From positions 31,771 to 95,770 of IMG/VR virus record IMGVR_UViG_3300035694_000001: 64,000 nucleotides of DNA. One strand, given 5' to 3'. The DNA comes from a virus. The notes beneath the pieces were generated by a model that saw only the letters and a program-made list of their open reading frames with translations, was not told where the DNA came from and searched no databases. Positions 30,248 through 41,371 of this stretch are shown piece after piece. The position numbers and the translations under genes are program-made. How positions within the stretch are numbered: position 1 is the first letter of the stretch; each line of letters starts with the position of its first letter.

Positions 30248-31375
30248 CTACTGCTGCGGCTGCCAGCCTTGGGGCGGAGCACCCTGCTGGTTACCCCAGG
30301 GGTTCGCCGGATCGGGCGCAGACGGCTGGTACCCCTGCTGGGCTTGGCCGTTGGCAGCAGTCGGCGGCCCTTGTGGGGGGCCCTGCTGAGGCTGAGTCCA
30401 TGGGGCTTGGCTGGTAGGCGGTGGGCCAGCCTGCTGCGGAGGCCCTTGCTGCCAGCCCTGGGCGGCCGGTGGCGCCTGCTGAGCCCACGGGGCTTGGCCG
30501 TTAGGCAGTCCCTGGGCAGGAGGAGGCCCTTGCTGCCAGCCCTGACCCTGAGCGGCCGGCGCTTGCGCCGTCTGATACGGGTTGCCCTGCTGCGGCGGAG
30601 GGCCTTGCTGCCATGGGGTCTGGCTTTGCTGAGGCGGTGCCGTCTGTGCTGGAGGGCCCTGCTGCGGCGCTCCGTTGGTTTGCTGAGGCGGCCCTGCAAA
30701 GAAAGAATCATTGCGGCTGCCTGCAGGCGGCGGGACGTACCGGGCGGTATAGGTGAACGCCGGCATTCCTTTCTGACCATTCTGCTGAGTAGTCTGCCGA
30801 GAACCTGTGCGGGTCACCCACAGCTGGCCGCCGATCCTCAGCCGGATCTCACCTGTGTTCGCCGCACGCATAGCCTCGGTGACAGCCTTGGTGACATCCT
30901 TAGATTGAGGCAGCCAAATTGACCGCATACCGGTGTCCTCAGGGTCATTCGGCATTCGTTCATTAGTTTGCAGCGTCACGACCTTAATCATGATCGGTCG
31001 GTCACTATTCGGCCAAAACATCGGCTGCTTGGTCTTCTGATCGGTTTGCTGCCGTTCGCCGAGGCCAACGATTTCGCCGCCTCGCTCGTAGCCAATGCAA
31101 GAATCGTCACCAAACGACATGTATTTACCGCCAGTGCTGCTGGTGAAAAACTCATCATCGCCGTCTTCGTTAGCCGAGCTTGGCTGCGGCGCAGGCGGAG
31201 CTTGAGGCGTTTGCTGCCACGGCTGGCCCTGCCCCTGAGCGGGCGGCCCCGCCTGGGGCGGAGGGCCTTGCTGGGGAGGCGCTGGCTGCCAGCCCTGGTT
31301 TGGCGGTGGCCCCTGAGGCGGTCCTTGCTGCCATCCCTGAGGCGGGGCCCCTTGCTGCCACGGTGCTTGAGTCAT
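30248..31375 (-). CDS. putative ssDNA-binding protein with Gln/Pro/Gly-rich tails
   Basis: Central globular core flanked by QGPP/PWQQ repeats; follows the exonuclease gene. Confidence 0.6.
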   Translation of the reverse strand: MTQAPWQQGAPPQGWQQGPPQGPPPNQGWQPAPPQQGPPPQAGPPAQGQGQPWQQTPQAPPAPQPSSANEDGDDEFFTSSTGGKYMSFGDDSCIGYERGGEIVGLGERQQTDQKTKQPMFWPNSDRPIMIKVVTLQTNERMPNDPEDTGMRSIWLPQSKDVTKAVTEAMRAANTGEIRLRIGGQLWVTRTGSRQTTQQNGQKGMPAFTYTARYVPPPAGSRNDSFFAGPPQQTNGAPQQGPPAQTAPPQQSQTPWQQGPPPQQGNPYQTAQAPAAQGQGWQQGPPPAQGLPNGQAPWAQQAPPAAQGWQQGPPQQAGPPPTSQAPWTQPQQGPPQGPPTAANGQAQQGYQPSAPDPANPWGNQQGAPPQGWQPQQ

Positions 31376-31400
31376 TGTATTAGTTTCCCTTCTCTGTTAT

Positions 31401-33263
31401 TTAGTGAGTCGGAGTGAGTTGCTGGAAAGTGGCGAGCTTGGCATTCGCCGCATCAAGGATATGGCCGACCCAACTCTCTGGGCCGTACGTGTTCGTCCAC
31501 TGCTGATAGATCGCCCAGAGGCGGTCTTGTCCCGGAGCCTCACTGATCGCTTTCATGACCCCGTCATATGTCATATCTACGATGCCAGGCTGCTGGCCCC
31601 AAGGAGCCGGAGCGTTATTTTGCTGCGGTTGTGGGTCTTGCATTGCAGGCTGGGGCTGTGCTCCATCGCGATTACGCATCGCGTGCTGCGCCTTCACACA
31701 TTCTACGATCATTGATGCGAGAGGCTCCCGGTGCTTGCGCAGCGAGGCTTCATCAATCCCAGGGCTGATCAGCCTCAGCATTGGCTGTAGCTGCTCTTTC
31801 TTTGAGAGAGTGGCCAACTCTTCCACCATCTCTGTGTAGAACACCTCAGGATCGATACCGGCCCCGGTCCGAGCGATAAGATCTTGGATGTACTCGGCCG
31901 GCGGGGTGTTCTTGCTGGACCCCTTCGGTGCGGGGGGTTGCGGGCCTGGCGGCACGCCCTGAGGCGGGGCCTCAGCTGCCGGATACTGCGGCGGCTGAGA
32001 TGCCGGGCCGTGAGCCACCGTGCCTGGCGGGACGCCTGGAGGCAGCTGCTGGCCGACCACCGCAGCGGCTTGGGTGTTCATCTGAGCTACCTGCTCAGGG
32101 CCGATCGGTTGGCCAGACTGAATCTGCTGGTTGATGACTTCCTTGATCTGAGCTGCGTTGCCGTTTTGAGGCAATACAGCTTGCGCGGCAACCCACTCAA
32201 GCGGGGGGCAGCCCTGCTCGGCGGTGTGCATGTAGCCACATGTGGGGCACTTGGGTTGAGGCTGCCATTCGCCTGGCTGCGTAGGTGCTAAGATTCCTTG
32301 AGATCCTGTGTCGTCGCGAGTGTAGGGCTGAGGCATTACTACTTGAGCGGCAGCAGCGAAGGATTCCGCGACGCCTTGAATCCCAGGCACGACAGCCGGG
32401 GCAAGCCCAGTGCCCGGAAAGTACTCGTGAATGTTGATTTTCTGCTGGTGCCAGGCACGGTTATCCTCAGCAATCCGAGCGCCGACCCAGCCGAGGTCAA
32501 CCGGCACACGCAGAGCTTTAGCTTCGCCGGAGCCCGGACGGCACCACACCACAATAGAGAAGTCTCGCCGGACGGGCGGCATCGGCTCGTACTCGTGCGT
32601 GTCGTAATTCATGACGACCTCGGCATTGCTGTAGTAAGCCTGCTGAATGGTTTTGCCGCTGGGGTGCTCTACCGGGTCTTTTTCCGTTTTCCAGTCGATA
32701 ATTACCCAGGTGCCGTCATCCAATTCACCAATAGCATCAATCCTGCCACCCCGGTCGTAGATACGGCAATACACCACACGCTCATTGTAGCCGGGAACGA
32801 TCTTGATTTTCTTCGCGATCAACTCTGCTTCCACAGCTTTAATATCCGCATGGAAGTACTCGGCGATAGTATCTAAACTCTCTCCTTTCCCGAAATACCG
32901 ATCGAAGACGTGGTGCTGTGCAGAGCCGAGGTTGGCACCTGAACTGCCCCCGCCGGCCTCGAACGCAGCTGCTTCGATGGAATCCATGAGCTTGTCGTAC
33001 CCAGGATCGCTGGGGTCGGCGGCCCCGGCTCGTGCCATGAGGTCCGGCCGTAGGCCCATGCCTCGGATCACGGTCCGGCGGCGCCAGATAGTGAGCCCGT
33101 AGCCGCTCTCCATGGTGCCGGCCACTGTAGTTACCCGCGTGCGGCCCTTCACCTCACCGGTAGTCATGTCGGGCAGCAGGTACCGGCCTAGGCCGTCGCG
33201 CGGCACGTCAGCGTCGCGCACCTCCCCGCTGGTTACCTCGGTAAAAAATGTGTCATCAGTCAT
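31401..33263 (-). CDS. PD-(D/E)xK (Cas4/RecE-like) exonuclease with long low-complexity C-terminus
   Basis: RVTTVAG..GSAQH..E..GRIDAI..IIDWKT..QQAYY. Confidence 0.8.
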   Translation of the reverse strand: MTDDTFFTEVTSGEVRDADVPRDGLGRYLLPDMTTGEVKGRTRVTTVAGTMESGYGLTIWRRRTVIRGMGLRPDLMARAGAADPSDPGYDKLMDSIEAAAFEAGGGSSGANLGSAQHHVFDRYFGKGESLDTIAEYFHADIKAVEAELIAKKIKIVPGYNERVVYCRIYDRGGRIDAIGELDDGTWVIIDWKTEKDPVEHPSGKTIQQAYYSNAEVVMNYDTHEYEPMPPVRRDFSIVVWCRPGSGEAKALRVPVDLGWVGARIAEDNRAWHQQKINIHEYFPGTGLAPAVVPGIQGVAESFAAAAQVVMPQPYTRDDTGSQGILAPTQPGEWQPQPKCPTCGYMHTAEQGCPPLEWVAAQAVLPQNGNAAQIKEVINQQIQSGQPIGPEQVAQMNTQAAAVVGQQLPPGVPPGTVAHGPASQPPQYPAAEAPPQGVPPGPQPPAPKGSSKNTPPAEYIQDLIARTGAGIDPEVFYTEMVEELATLSKKEQLQPMLRLISPGIDEASLRKHREPLASMIVECVKAQHAMRNRDGAQPQPAMQDPQPQQNNAPAPWGQQPGIVDMTYDGVMKAISEAPGQDRLWAIYQQWTNTYGPESWVGHILDAANAKLATFQQLTPTH

Positions 33264-33490
33264 TAGCTAAACTCCTTCCTATTCATTCCATCCACAAACG
33301 CGTCCCACTCGCCTGGATCGAACCGAAGCTCAAAAGCCGGAAAATTAGAATCTCGGACAGCCACCGACCCATCGGCAAACTTGGCGACCTCGACACAATT
33401 GCAGTCTTTCGGGCGGTCAATAGTTTTCTGAGCGCGTCGCCACGTCAGTTCATTAGAACTGCGGGCATACAACTCGGTCTTGTCTTTCAT
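33263..33490 (-). CDS. DUF397-domain protein
   Basis: WRR..NCVEVA..VAVRDS..LRFDPGEWDAFV. Confidence 0.9.
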   Translation of the reverse strand: MKDKTELYARSSNELTWRRAQKTIDRPKDCNCVEVAKFADGSVAVRDSNFPAFELRFDPGEWDAFVDGMNRKEFS

Positions 33491-33904
33491 TTACTTACCT
33501 CCTGGGTATCCGAGCACAGAGCTTAGATAGTTATTAACTTGTGCTAGCTTTGCGTCTAACTGAGCCTGCATCAGCTTCTCAAGGTTCTGAGTAGCATCGC
33601 GTTGCTCTTTCGCGAAATAAAGCAGAAGCTGGCCGATGGCTTGAGTGGCCAGAGCGGTGCTTTCTGGGTATGTCATAGCTGAGCGTCTAGCATCAGCAAG
33701 CAATGCCTCTGCCCTATCGATCTCATCAATCTTGTTAGTCATTCCCTCTCCTAGGTAAATACTGCTTGACTTCTGAATCTGGATATTGCTCATTCCATAC
33801 CCAATTAAGCACAGTTCGGGCAATATCCGTGTCTGAATCCCCTGCTTCTGCATCAACAACTTCATCAAACCGATCTAGCATTCGCTGCACTTCATGTATA
33901 TCTC

Positions 33905-35638
33905 TCATACGGATACCTCCGTTCTCGCTTCTTGATAAACGCTGCGGTACACCGGGCCGAGGGTTCGGCTGGCAATTTTAATCGTGATGGCGTCGGAAGC
34001 CTGGGCCATTGTCATTCCGTCGACACTTATATTCAGCGTCTGGGCGAAGCTCTGCTGTCCCGGTGTCGCGGTCCGTCCGGTCTGCCGCCACGCAGCTTTT
34101 TTGTGGGTAATTGTAGGGTCATCATCGAGAGCCGCATCACTTCCTATCCTTGCCGCTTCCATGGGGGTAACGCCCTCGGCCAGCCAGTAGCCGCCGGCAA
34201 AAGTCTTGGTTGATCCTGTCACGCCGACGTTATACATGCCGTTGATAGGCACCATAAAAAATATCCGAGCGCGTCCGCACTTACTCTTCTCGCTGGTTGC
34301 GATGAAGGGCATGCCGAAGTCAGTTTCTAGCCATCGTGCCGACGTTCGCTCAAAGAGATCCACATGATGAACACCGGTAATTTTCTTGGCGGTCAGCTCT
34401 CGCTCTTCAGGCTCTATGTCAAGGAGCTTGAAACACTCCTGGCAAAGGTTTTGGTCAATGCGCGACACATACCGAAGCACCCGGTACTCACCGCACTCAT
34501 CACACTCTTCAAGCTCTTGGTCTACGTCCTCGCCCGGCTCAGGTGTCTTAGATAGGTCAACCGCAGCGGCCATGTCTTTCTCGTCCAGTGTGCCGACGAA
34601 ATCAAGGATCCACGCAAGCTCCTTTCCTACCCACGGACGCAGCGCGCGGCCGATCTCTTGGATGAACCGACCTGCGAACTTGGTTCGCCGAAGGCAAAAC
34701 ACTCCATCGCAGCGCGGTGAATCCCAGCCCTCGGCCAGCGCCGAGCAAGTCACCAGCACTTTAACCGCACCGGTCTCAAAACCATGGAAAGCCCACTTGC
34801 GGTCTTTTGGTTTGGTGCTGGAAAATACCTCAGCTACGGAAACACCGGACTCTTTCAACGCTTCAGCGAAGAAACGCGCACTTGCCTGGGTAGGAGCGAA
34901 TAGGGCTATGGATTTGCCAGGGGTGATTGTGTGGTATGCATTAACCACGGTGTCTCGGAGACTATCAACCATGACCTGCTCTCCGAGGTCTTTCTCGCTA
35001 TAATCACCATCCGCTGCGGTACGCACCTGAGACATGTCAAGGTCGCCGCCAAGCTGCAACGAGTAGGGCTTGACCAGGTACCCTCGGTCGACGGCCCAGC
35101 CGATCGAGCGCTTGAAAACCACCTCCTCCCATATGTCGCCTAGCCCTAGTTTGTCCGAGCGCATCCACGTGGCTGTGAAGCCGGCTAGGTAGGCTGAGCC
35201 CCCTGGCACGGCTCCGATCCATTCGTAGTGCCTCCTGTAAATGCTTGAGACTGATACATGTGCTTCGTCCACAACGGTGAGCTGTGGTTTAGGCACTGTC
35301 TCCATTCGTTTAGGATCGCGGAGTGAGTGAATAGAGATGACGCGACATCGCTTATTTATCTCATGGCGGCGTCCTTTCACCACGCCGATATCATCGGGGT
35401 CAATTCCCGCATCCAGCAGCTTCCTAATTGTTTGGTCAATTAGTGTGTCTCGATGCAACAATATGTTTACGCTGCTTGTTCGTGCGCTATTTAGAACTTT
35501 ACCCGAGATATCTGCCATGACTACTGTCTTACCCGTCCCCGTAGGCTGTTGAATGCCGAGACGGTGCAAGCCTTTGGCGTACCCGTTATGCAGGGCCGTC
35601 GCGGCTTGTTTCTGGTAATCACGTAGTTGCACGGTCAT
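33905..35638 (-). CDS. superfamily 2 DEAH-box helicase
   Basis: LRDYQ, PTGTGKT, VDEAH, FTAT, LAEGWD, QEIGRALR. Confidence 0.93.
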   Translation of the reverse strand: MTVQLRDYQKQAATALHNGYAKGLHRLGIQQPTGTGKTVVMADISGKVLNSARTSSVNILLHRDTLIDQTIRKLLDAGIDPDDIGVVKGRRHEINKRCRVISIHSLRDPKRMETVPKPQLTVVDEAHVSVSSIYRRHYEWIGAVPGGSAYLAGFTATWMRSDKLGLGDIWEEVVFKRSIGWAVDRGYLVKPYSLQLGGDLDMSQVRTAADGDYSEKDLGEQVMVDSLRDTVVNAYHTITPGKSIALFAPTQASARFFAEALKESGVSVAEVFSSTKPKDRKWAFHGFETGAVKVLVTCSALAEGWDSPRCDGVFCLRRTKFAGRFIQEIGRALRPWVGKELAWILDFVGTLDEKDMAAAVDLSKTPEPGEDVDQELEECDECGEYRVLRYVSRIDQNLCQECFKLLDIEPEERELTAKKITGVHHVDLFERTSARWLETDFGMPFIATSEKSKCGRARIFFMVPINGMYNVGVTGSTKTFAGGYWLAEGVTPMEAARIGSDAALDDDPTITHKKAAWRQTGRTATPGQQSFAQTLNISVDGMTMAQASDAITIKIASRTLGPVYRSVYQEARTEVSV

Positions 35639-36189
35639 GGCTTTACGAGAGGTTCCTCAAGTGAGATGCGCTGGTCAGCGTGGGCAAGATAGTTTCCGAT
35701 TAGCTCTTCGAGTAGTTCAGTTGCCGGCCACACTAATTGCCGGTTTTTGTGGTTTATTAACCAAGCATGTACTTCATCTCCGCGCCGCGCAACCACTCCA
35801 CTCGGATTCACAGCAACTGCCCAGACTTCGCCGCATTCCGAGCAAAACAACTCGCCCTCTGGCGCGAGGTTACGCAGCGAAAGGGGACGGTTCGCCACTG
35901 CGTGGATGTGACTGCATTTGGGGCAATCGAAGCGGCGGGTCATTTGTGAGTCTCCAAAACCTTAGCGCAGCATTCGGCGAAGTACTTACGCCCTCGGTGA
36001 CCGTAGCCATCTGATGTGCCATGGATCAACGAGCCAGGCTCGAAGTCTTCGCCGCAGCCACGGCAGCTACCAGGGAACTGGGAGGCAAACCAGCCGCGTG
36101 TGGCCAGCTCTGCACGAAACTTCTTCTCCTCGGCTTCCTGCTTCTTGGCAGCTGTCTTGCCGCACGAGTACAAAGGCAGCTCGCAGCAC

Positions 36190-37643
36190 TCACACTTCGT
36201 GGCCATGATCGCTTCCCATGAAGTACTTGCGAACGTAGGCCAGGGTGTTAAGGGCTTTCTCGCTGGCACCCCGTCTATCGCAAGCTTCGTTGCCATGTGT
36301 CGGGCACTGAGAATCACGAGCCAGGCAATCAAGCTCCCGGTTGTAAGGGCAGCTGCACTTGAAACGCAAAGCCTTAATCTCTCGGCGTAGCTCGGCTTTC
36401 TTGCCTGGCTTCAACATCGGACTATCAAATGCGTCAACTCCATGCGCGGGGCAATCGGGACTCGGCATGATTTTATCTTGGTCTACCCAGTAAGAGCAGC
36501 TGCATTGACGTTTCCGGGCGGCTAGCTCCTGCTGCAGCTCGACAATCTGACTAGTCGCGTTGTCGTTAGAGTGGGCCAACTTCTGAATCTTGTTATTAGA
36601 GGAGGCCAACTTCTGAGTCAGCTCCGCTACGTTGTTGTTAGCACGCTCTAGCGCTCGACCCAATGCCCGCACATAATCTTGTTGTCGTGTCAACTTCCTG
36701 GCTGCCTCAGCGGCCAGCGTCGCGGCCGTGTGGTCGCCCGTGACATAGTCACCAGGGCAGGGACAGTTGGGGTCTTCTTCGAGCGTGGGGGCCTTCTGGT
36801 AGCCGAGTGTTTCGGCTAGGATATCATGGATCTCGGCTAACTCGGTAAGCTCAGCACGTCGCTGATTAGATAAGTGCACAACCAGTTCGTTGAAGTCTGA
36901 TGGGTCTGCGATTACTTGGAACCAATCATCTGCCATTCTTCTCTCCTTTCAGTGCGTCAAGTTTACGAGTAACCATCTGCCCGACGCGACGCACCGATTC
37001 AGTTGCCGGATTCTTGGGGTCTATGCCTCGCAGCGCAGTGTGAAGTTTCTTGCAGTAGTCAGCCAATACCTCAAAATCAGTGATCCGAGCTGCTTGTAAT
37101 TCTGTTATATCCTGTCGGAGTATTGTGTCTCTCAGGCGTAGCCGCTCCACCTCAGCAACTAACCAACCCGTGTCGGTTTGTGGGTGCAACTTTGGGTACT
37201 TGGCTTTGATGTTTTCTAGTCGGTCAGTTGCCACCATCGCCCTCTTTCCCACGCAAAGCTTTAAGCTTATGGTTGATACTTTGCGCTAGCATGCGCAAAG
37301 CGCCATGCGCGGGGCTATTAGGATCAAAGCTTCCAAGAGCCCGGCTGCTTCGCCTAGCTTGGTCTAACAGTTGCTCTAAGTCAGTAATCCTGGCCGCACG
37401 TGGCTGCTCAGTTTGTTGCCGCAGCATAGCTACCTGACCAATAAGCCAGTCTATGTCTTTTTGTGTTGCACGATCTCGATCAACGCTGCGGGCAAAGATA
37501 GCTTCGAGATCTTCAGATAAAGATGGTAACTCGGTAATACGAGCTTCTCGCAGCCGCTCGACTTCAGCAATCAACCAATCGGCATCACGGTTGCTTACAT
37601 AATACTTGCTCTGGTTTATTTTTATCCACTCTAGATGATCCAT
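36190..37643 (-). other. three coiled-coil hypothetical proteins (36190-36936, 36926-37252, 37224-37643)
   Basis: The latter two share WL(I/V)AEVERLR and ARIT(D/E) motifs. Confidence 0.65.
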
Positions 37644-37723
37644 CCGTCCACCTCCTCGATGTCAAGGCGGCCGACGCTACACCCTGTCAGGAGTCGACGC
37701 AAGTAGACACAAGTAGTCAGAAG

Positions 37724-37752
37724 TAGACACGGCCTGGCATCCGCTGTACAGT
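37724..37752 (+). promoter_or_regulatory. leaderless promoter of polA, TAGACA-17-TACAGT
   Basis: -10 ends 7 nt before GTG 37760; no RBS. Confidence 0.6.
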
Positions 37753-37759
37753 CGCCCCG

Positions 37760-39817
37760 GTGCAGGTCATCGAGACGGAGCTAGGACTACTGAGGGTAGT
37801 CAACACCCTGGAGGACGCCTCGGCCCTCTGGGAGTGGACGCGTGAGCGCCAAGGTCGTTGGCTGGGGCTCGACGCAGAGACCAACGCGCATGACCCCTTC
37901 TCCGCCTCGTACCAGCTGCGTACCGTGCAGGTGGCCGATGAAGCATCCGGTTGGGTGATTCAGGTCCAACGACCAGACATGTCCCAGGTTGTGCGGGCCG
38001 TGGTGTCCAGTCACGACGCGTGGTGGGCGTGGTTCGCACGCAATGAGGTCAACTTCATCGAGCGGGGCGTCCCTGGGTCCGTGCGGCTGGGCCAGGCCGC
38101 TCCGCATATATACGATGGGCAGCCGCTGCTGGCATGGTACAACCCACGTACAGTTACTACGCAATCAGCGAAAGACAACATCGATCCTCGTATCTCTCAG
38201 CCGCGCGCACTGAAGCCAGCCAGCGCGTTAGATCTTGGATTTGACTACCTTCACAAAGCTGAGCAGATCTTGCACGAAAAATTCAAAGCCATATATAAAC
38301 GAGACAATGGAAGCACCCCAGCTGAGAAGATCTGGAAGCCTTATGGCTTCGAGCACATAGACGACAATGACATAGATTATTTGAGGTACGCCGGGTTAGA
38401 TGCGCTCGTTACCGCTATCTTTGTTAATAAAATGGGTCGTGAGGTGCATCAACGCAACCAATGGGATAACGGCTATGCCAAAGGTTGCTGGTGGGATCTT
38501 AGATGGCAGTGGCATGCTGACCTCAGCCAGTATCGTGGGCGGGTCATTGATGGTCCGTATGTCATGTGGCTCAGCGAGCAGCTCAAAAACATTGTCGACA
38601 GCAATAGAAGGTTGCTCGACTGGTACCATATCAATCCGAGTGCGTCAGGGGTTGGAATTGGTAACGCATTCGAGTGGCTTAGCAATCAGGGACTGATGCA
38701 GTTCAAGAATACCAAGACCAGCAAGAAAACTGGAACAACCTGCTGGGACAAATTTGTCTTAGCCGACATCATTGCCAACGAGCCCGAAAGCTATGCAGGC
38801 AAGCTAGCTACCGCGATTCAAGCTGTGCGCAAGGCAGCTAAGTTCGATGCTTCTTACCTCAAGCCCATGCGCAAAGTACTAGAATTTGACGGCCGAATCC
38901 ACCCGGATACCCGAGTCATCGGAGCTATTAGTTCGAGAAATAGTGAGTCTCGGCCGCCTTGTCAGCAGCTGCCGAAGAAAGAGAAGAAGCTCAAAGTACG
39001 TCCAGCTATTTGTGCTCCGCCCGGATGGCTCATCGTCACGGCCGACCTTAAACAAGGAGAGCCCCGAACCATGGCTGGTTTGTCCGGCGACCAGAATCTT
39101 AAACGTGATCTGCTCCATGGCGACCTATATAGCTCACTGGCTGGTCTGACTTATGGTGATAAATTCAACTCAGATCCCAGGATCTGCAAAGAAGACCCGA
39201 CTTCAGTGCATTACAAAATGCGACAAGCTGCAAAGTTCGGTAGTCTTGCAACAGACTATGGGTGCGGAGTCGGCAAATATGCTGGGCTGCTAAGCATCCA
39301 TGGTGTGCTAAGTATGTCAGTCAGCGATGCTCACGTAGCGCTGAAACGTAGAGAAGTCGCGTACCCTGACCTTACTAGATTTCGTAACCGAATGAACGCC
39401 CAGCCGGCTATAATACTGGAGTCTGGGTGGATTGCTCCGCTTTGGGACCGCTATTTCGTTGATGAAAAAGGCATTCATCTATCCACCAAACCAAGCCGAC
39501 TAGGTTTGAATTACGCGACTCAAGGAAATCAACGGTACGTGTTTTCTATCGCCGTGCATAGAATTATTGACTGGGGTTGGTCTTGGGCGCTTTATTTCTT
39601 CATGCATGATGAGTTAGGGCTGTGCGTGCCTGCGCATATGGCGGATGAGGCAGCAATTATTCTAGAAAAAGCCATGACCCTTGACTTTCATGGTGTACCG
39701 ATTGAGTGTGATGTTGACAAGCCGCCTTACAGTCCTAGATGGACTAGCTACCCAGATGAATACTTCACAGCCACAGACGTGGCGACACTTGATGACCAGG
39801 TATTGGAAGGTTGGTAG
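37760..39817 (+). CDS. family A DNA polymerase
   Basis: Exo DAET/YAGLD; motif A ADLKQGEPR, motif B RQAAK..YG, motif C MHDEL. Confidence 0.92.
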   Translation: MQVIETELGLLRVVNTLEDASALWEWTRERQGRWLGLDAETNAHDPFSASYQLRTVQVADEASGWVIQVQRPDMSQVVRAVVSSHDAWWAWFARNEVNFIERGVPGSVRLGQAAPHIYDGQPLLAWYNPRTVTTQSAKDNIDPRISQPRALKPASALDLGFDYLHKAEQILHEKFKAIYKRDNGSTPAEKIWKPYGFEHIDDNDIDYLRYAGLDALVTAIFVNKMGREVHQRNQWDNGYAKGCWWDLRWQWHADLSQYRGRVIDGPYVMWLSEQLKNIVDSNRRLLDWYHINPSASGVGIGNAFEWLSNQGLMQFKNTKTSKKTGTTCWDKFVLADIIANEPESYAGKLATAIQAVRKAAKFDASYLKPMRKVLEFDGRIHPDTRVIGAISSRNSESRPPCQQLPKKEKKLKVRPAICAPPGWLIVTADLKQGEPRTMAGLSGDQNLKRDLLHGDLYSSLAGLTYGDKFNSDPRICKEDPTSVHYKMRQAAKFGSLATDYGCGVGKYAGLLSIHGVLSMSVSDAHVALKRREVAYPDLTRFRNRMNAQPAIILESGWIAPLWDRYFVDEKGIHLSTKPSRLGLNYATQGNQRYVFSIAVHRIIDWGWSWALYFFMHDELGLCVPAHMADEAAIILEKAMTLDFHGVPIECDVDKPPYSPRWTSYPDEYFTATDVATLDDQVLEGW

Positions 39818-41371
39818 AGGACGAATGAACGAATTTGATCAGTTCCTCAAAGAGCTGCGAGAAAATTTACTCGCTGACCACGTGATTAAACAGCACGACG
39901 AGTGGGTAAAGCCGACCCCGGAAGAAGCAGATGCCATTTGCCACGCGGCTCGTGATCTCTTCATTTACAGCGGCTGGTTTGTAAAGGAGAAGGCATGATG
40001 GACTGGAAAGACCGCGTTGCACTTATTGCACTAGGTGAGATCCTGTATGACCATCTTCGTGAGCATGAAGACGTGAACGACACAAGGCTTCTACTTAGTG
40101 ATCGTTTACGTGGGGCCATTGATGCTCTTGCTCAAGGAGACCAAAAAATATGACAGCGACTGAGATCATAAAAGCCACGGATACAATCCGAGCTGGCGAA
40201 CGCCGAGAACTGCGCTCTCTGGTGCGGATGCGCGTCAAGCTACTGCGAGCTGAGGTCGCCGAGACGCACGCCGCGCAGATGGCTGAGATCGATGGCCGTG
40301 TAGCGGCGAAGTTCCAAGACGATACAGAGCGCATCGCGGCGCTACGGGCTGATCTAGATCAACTTGTGGCTGAGGCCAACCACAAGGCTGCCCAGACGTT
40401 CGCTCGGTACTCGGATGTGCTCGAAGCACAACGGTCAGAGGTCTTCAGTCGGCCGTGGTTCACGCGGCGGGAAGACCACAAGAGCAAGCTGCGCAAGGCC
40501 CTCGCTGCCGCTGTGGAGGCTTCAACTCAGAGGGCGAAGCTCCGGGTTGCCAAGCTCGAAGCCGAACTGCTGACGGCCCTCTCACTCGACGCGCTGAAGA
40601 CCGAAGCAGCGCATGAGTTCGTGGCCAACATCCCGACCGTGACCGACCTCATGCCAGCGGAGCCACTGCGAGAGATCGAAGATCAGTTCGGGGGCTCCCA
40701 TGATGAACGCTGAGCAGCTGGCCCAGTTCTTCCATGAGACCTACAACCGCCTTGCCCCTGAGTTCGGCCATCGGAAACGCCAAGCTAAAGCAAAGCCTTG
40801 GACTGAGCTGTCCGAACCGAACAAGAACCTTCTCACCGCAGTAGCGCGAGAGATGCTTTTCGTTCTAGACAGCGAATATGTTCTTAAATGGAGTACGGAG
40901 TGTGCGAGTCACCAAGCGGCTGAGCAAGCCCGTGTCTGCGCGTGCGGGCATGTGGTAAGCGATCACATACCTATGCCAGCCCCTGACGGCACACTTTTCC
41001 TCCTGTGCACTGCTATGCCGGATAATGACCACACACCAGCTTGTGGAGAGACTCAACTGCCCGGTTGGATTTTCCCTCGGTGCTCTATTCCGGCGAAGGT
41101 GGCAGGCTAATGGGCTATGCATGTTACGAGACGCCTATGGGCCTCGCCGGCTACGCGGTGGATGATGTGTGCTTTGAGGATGGCTGCTCAGCTGAGATCG
41201 ATCGGGGGCTGAGCTTTTTGTGTGGCACAGCGCCAGGCCGCGCAGATGAGAACGGCTGCGGCCACTGGTTCTGTGATGCACACCTGTGCGTACCCCCTGA
41301 GGGCATTAACGGCTATCTCTGTAACGGATGCATTCTGAAATACGACGGGGTAGACAGCGAGGATGAAGAAA

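Noticed and set aside
30044-30922. Long Arg/Leu-rich plus-strand ORFs here and at 26506-27321
   Set aside because: Shadow frames of GC-rich low-complexity minus-strand genes
28496-39817. Z-genome (2-aminoadenine) pathway
   Set aside because: MazG-like and PolA genes are present, but no PurZ or DatZ is recognisable in the window
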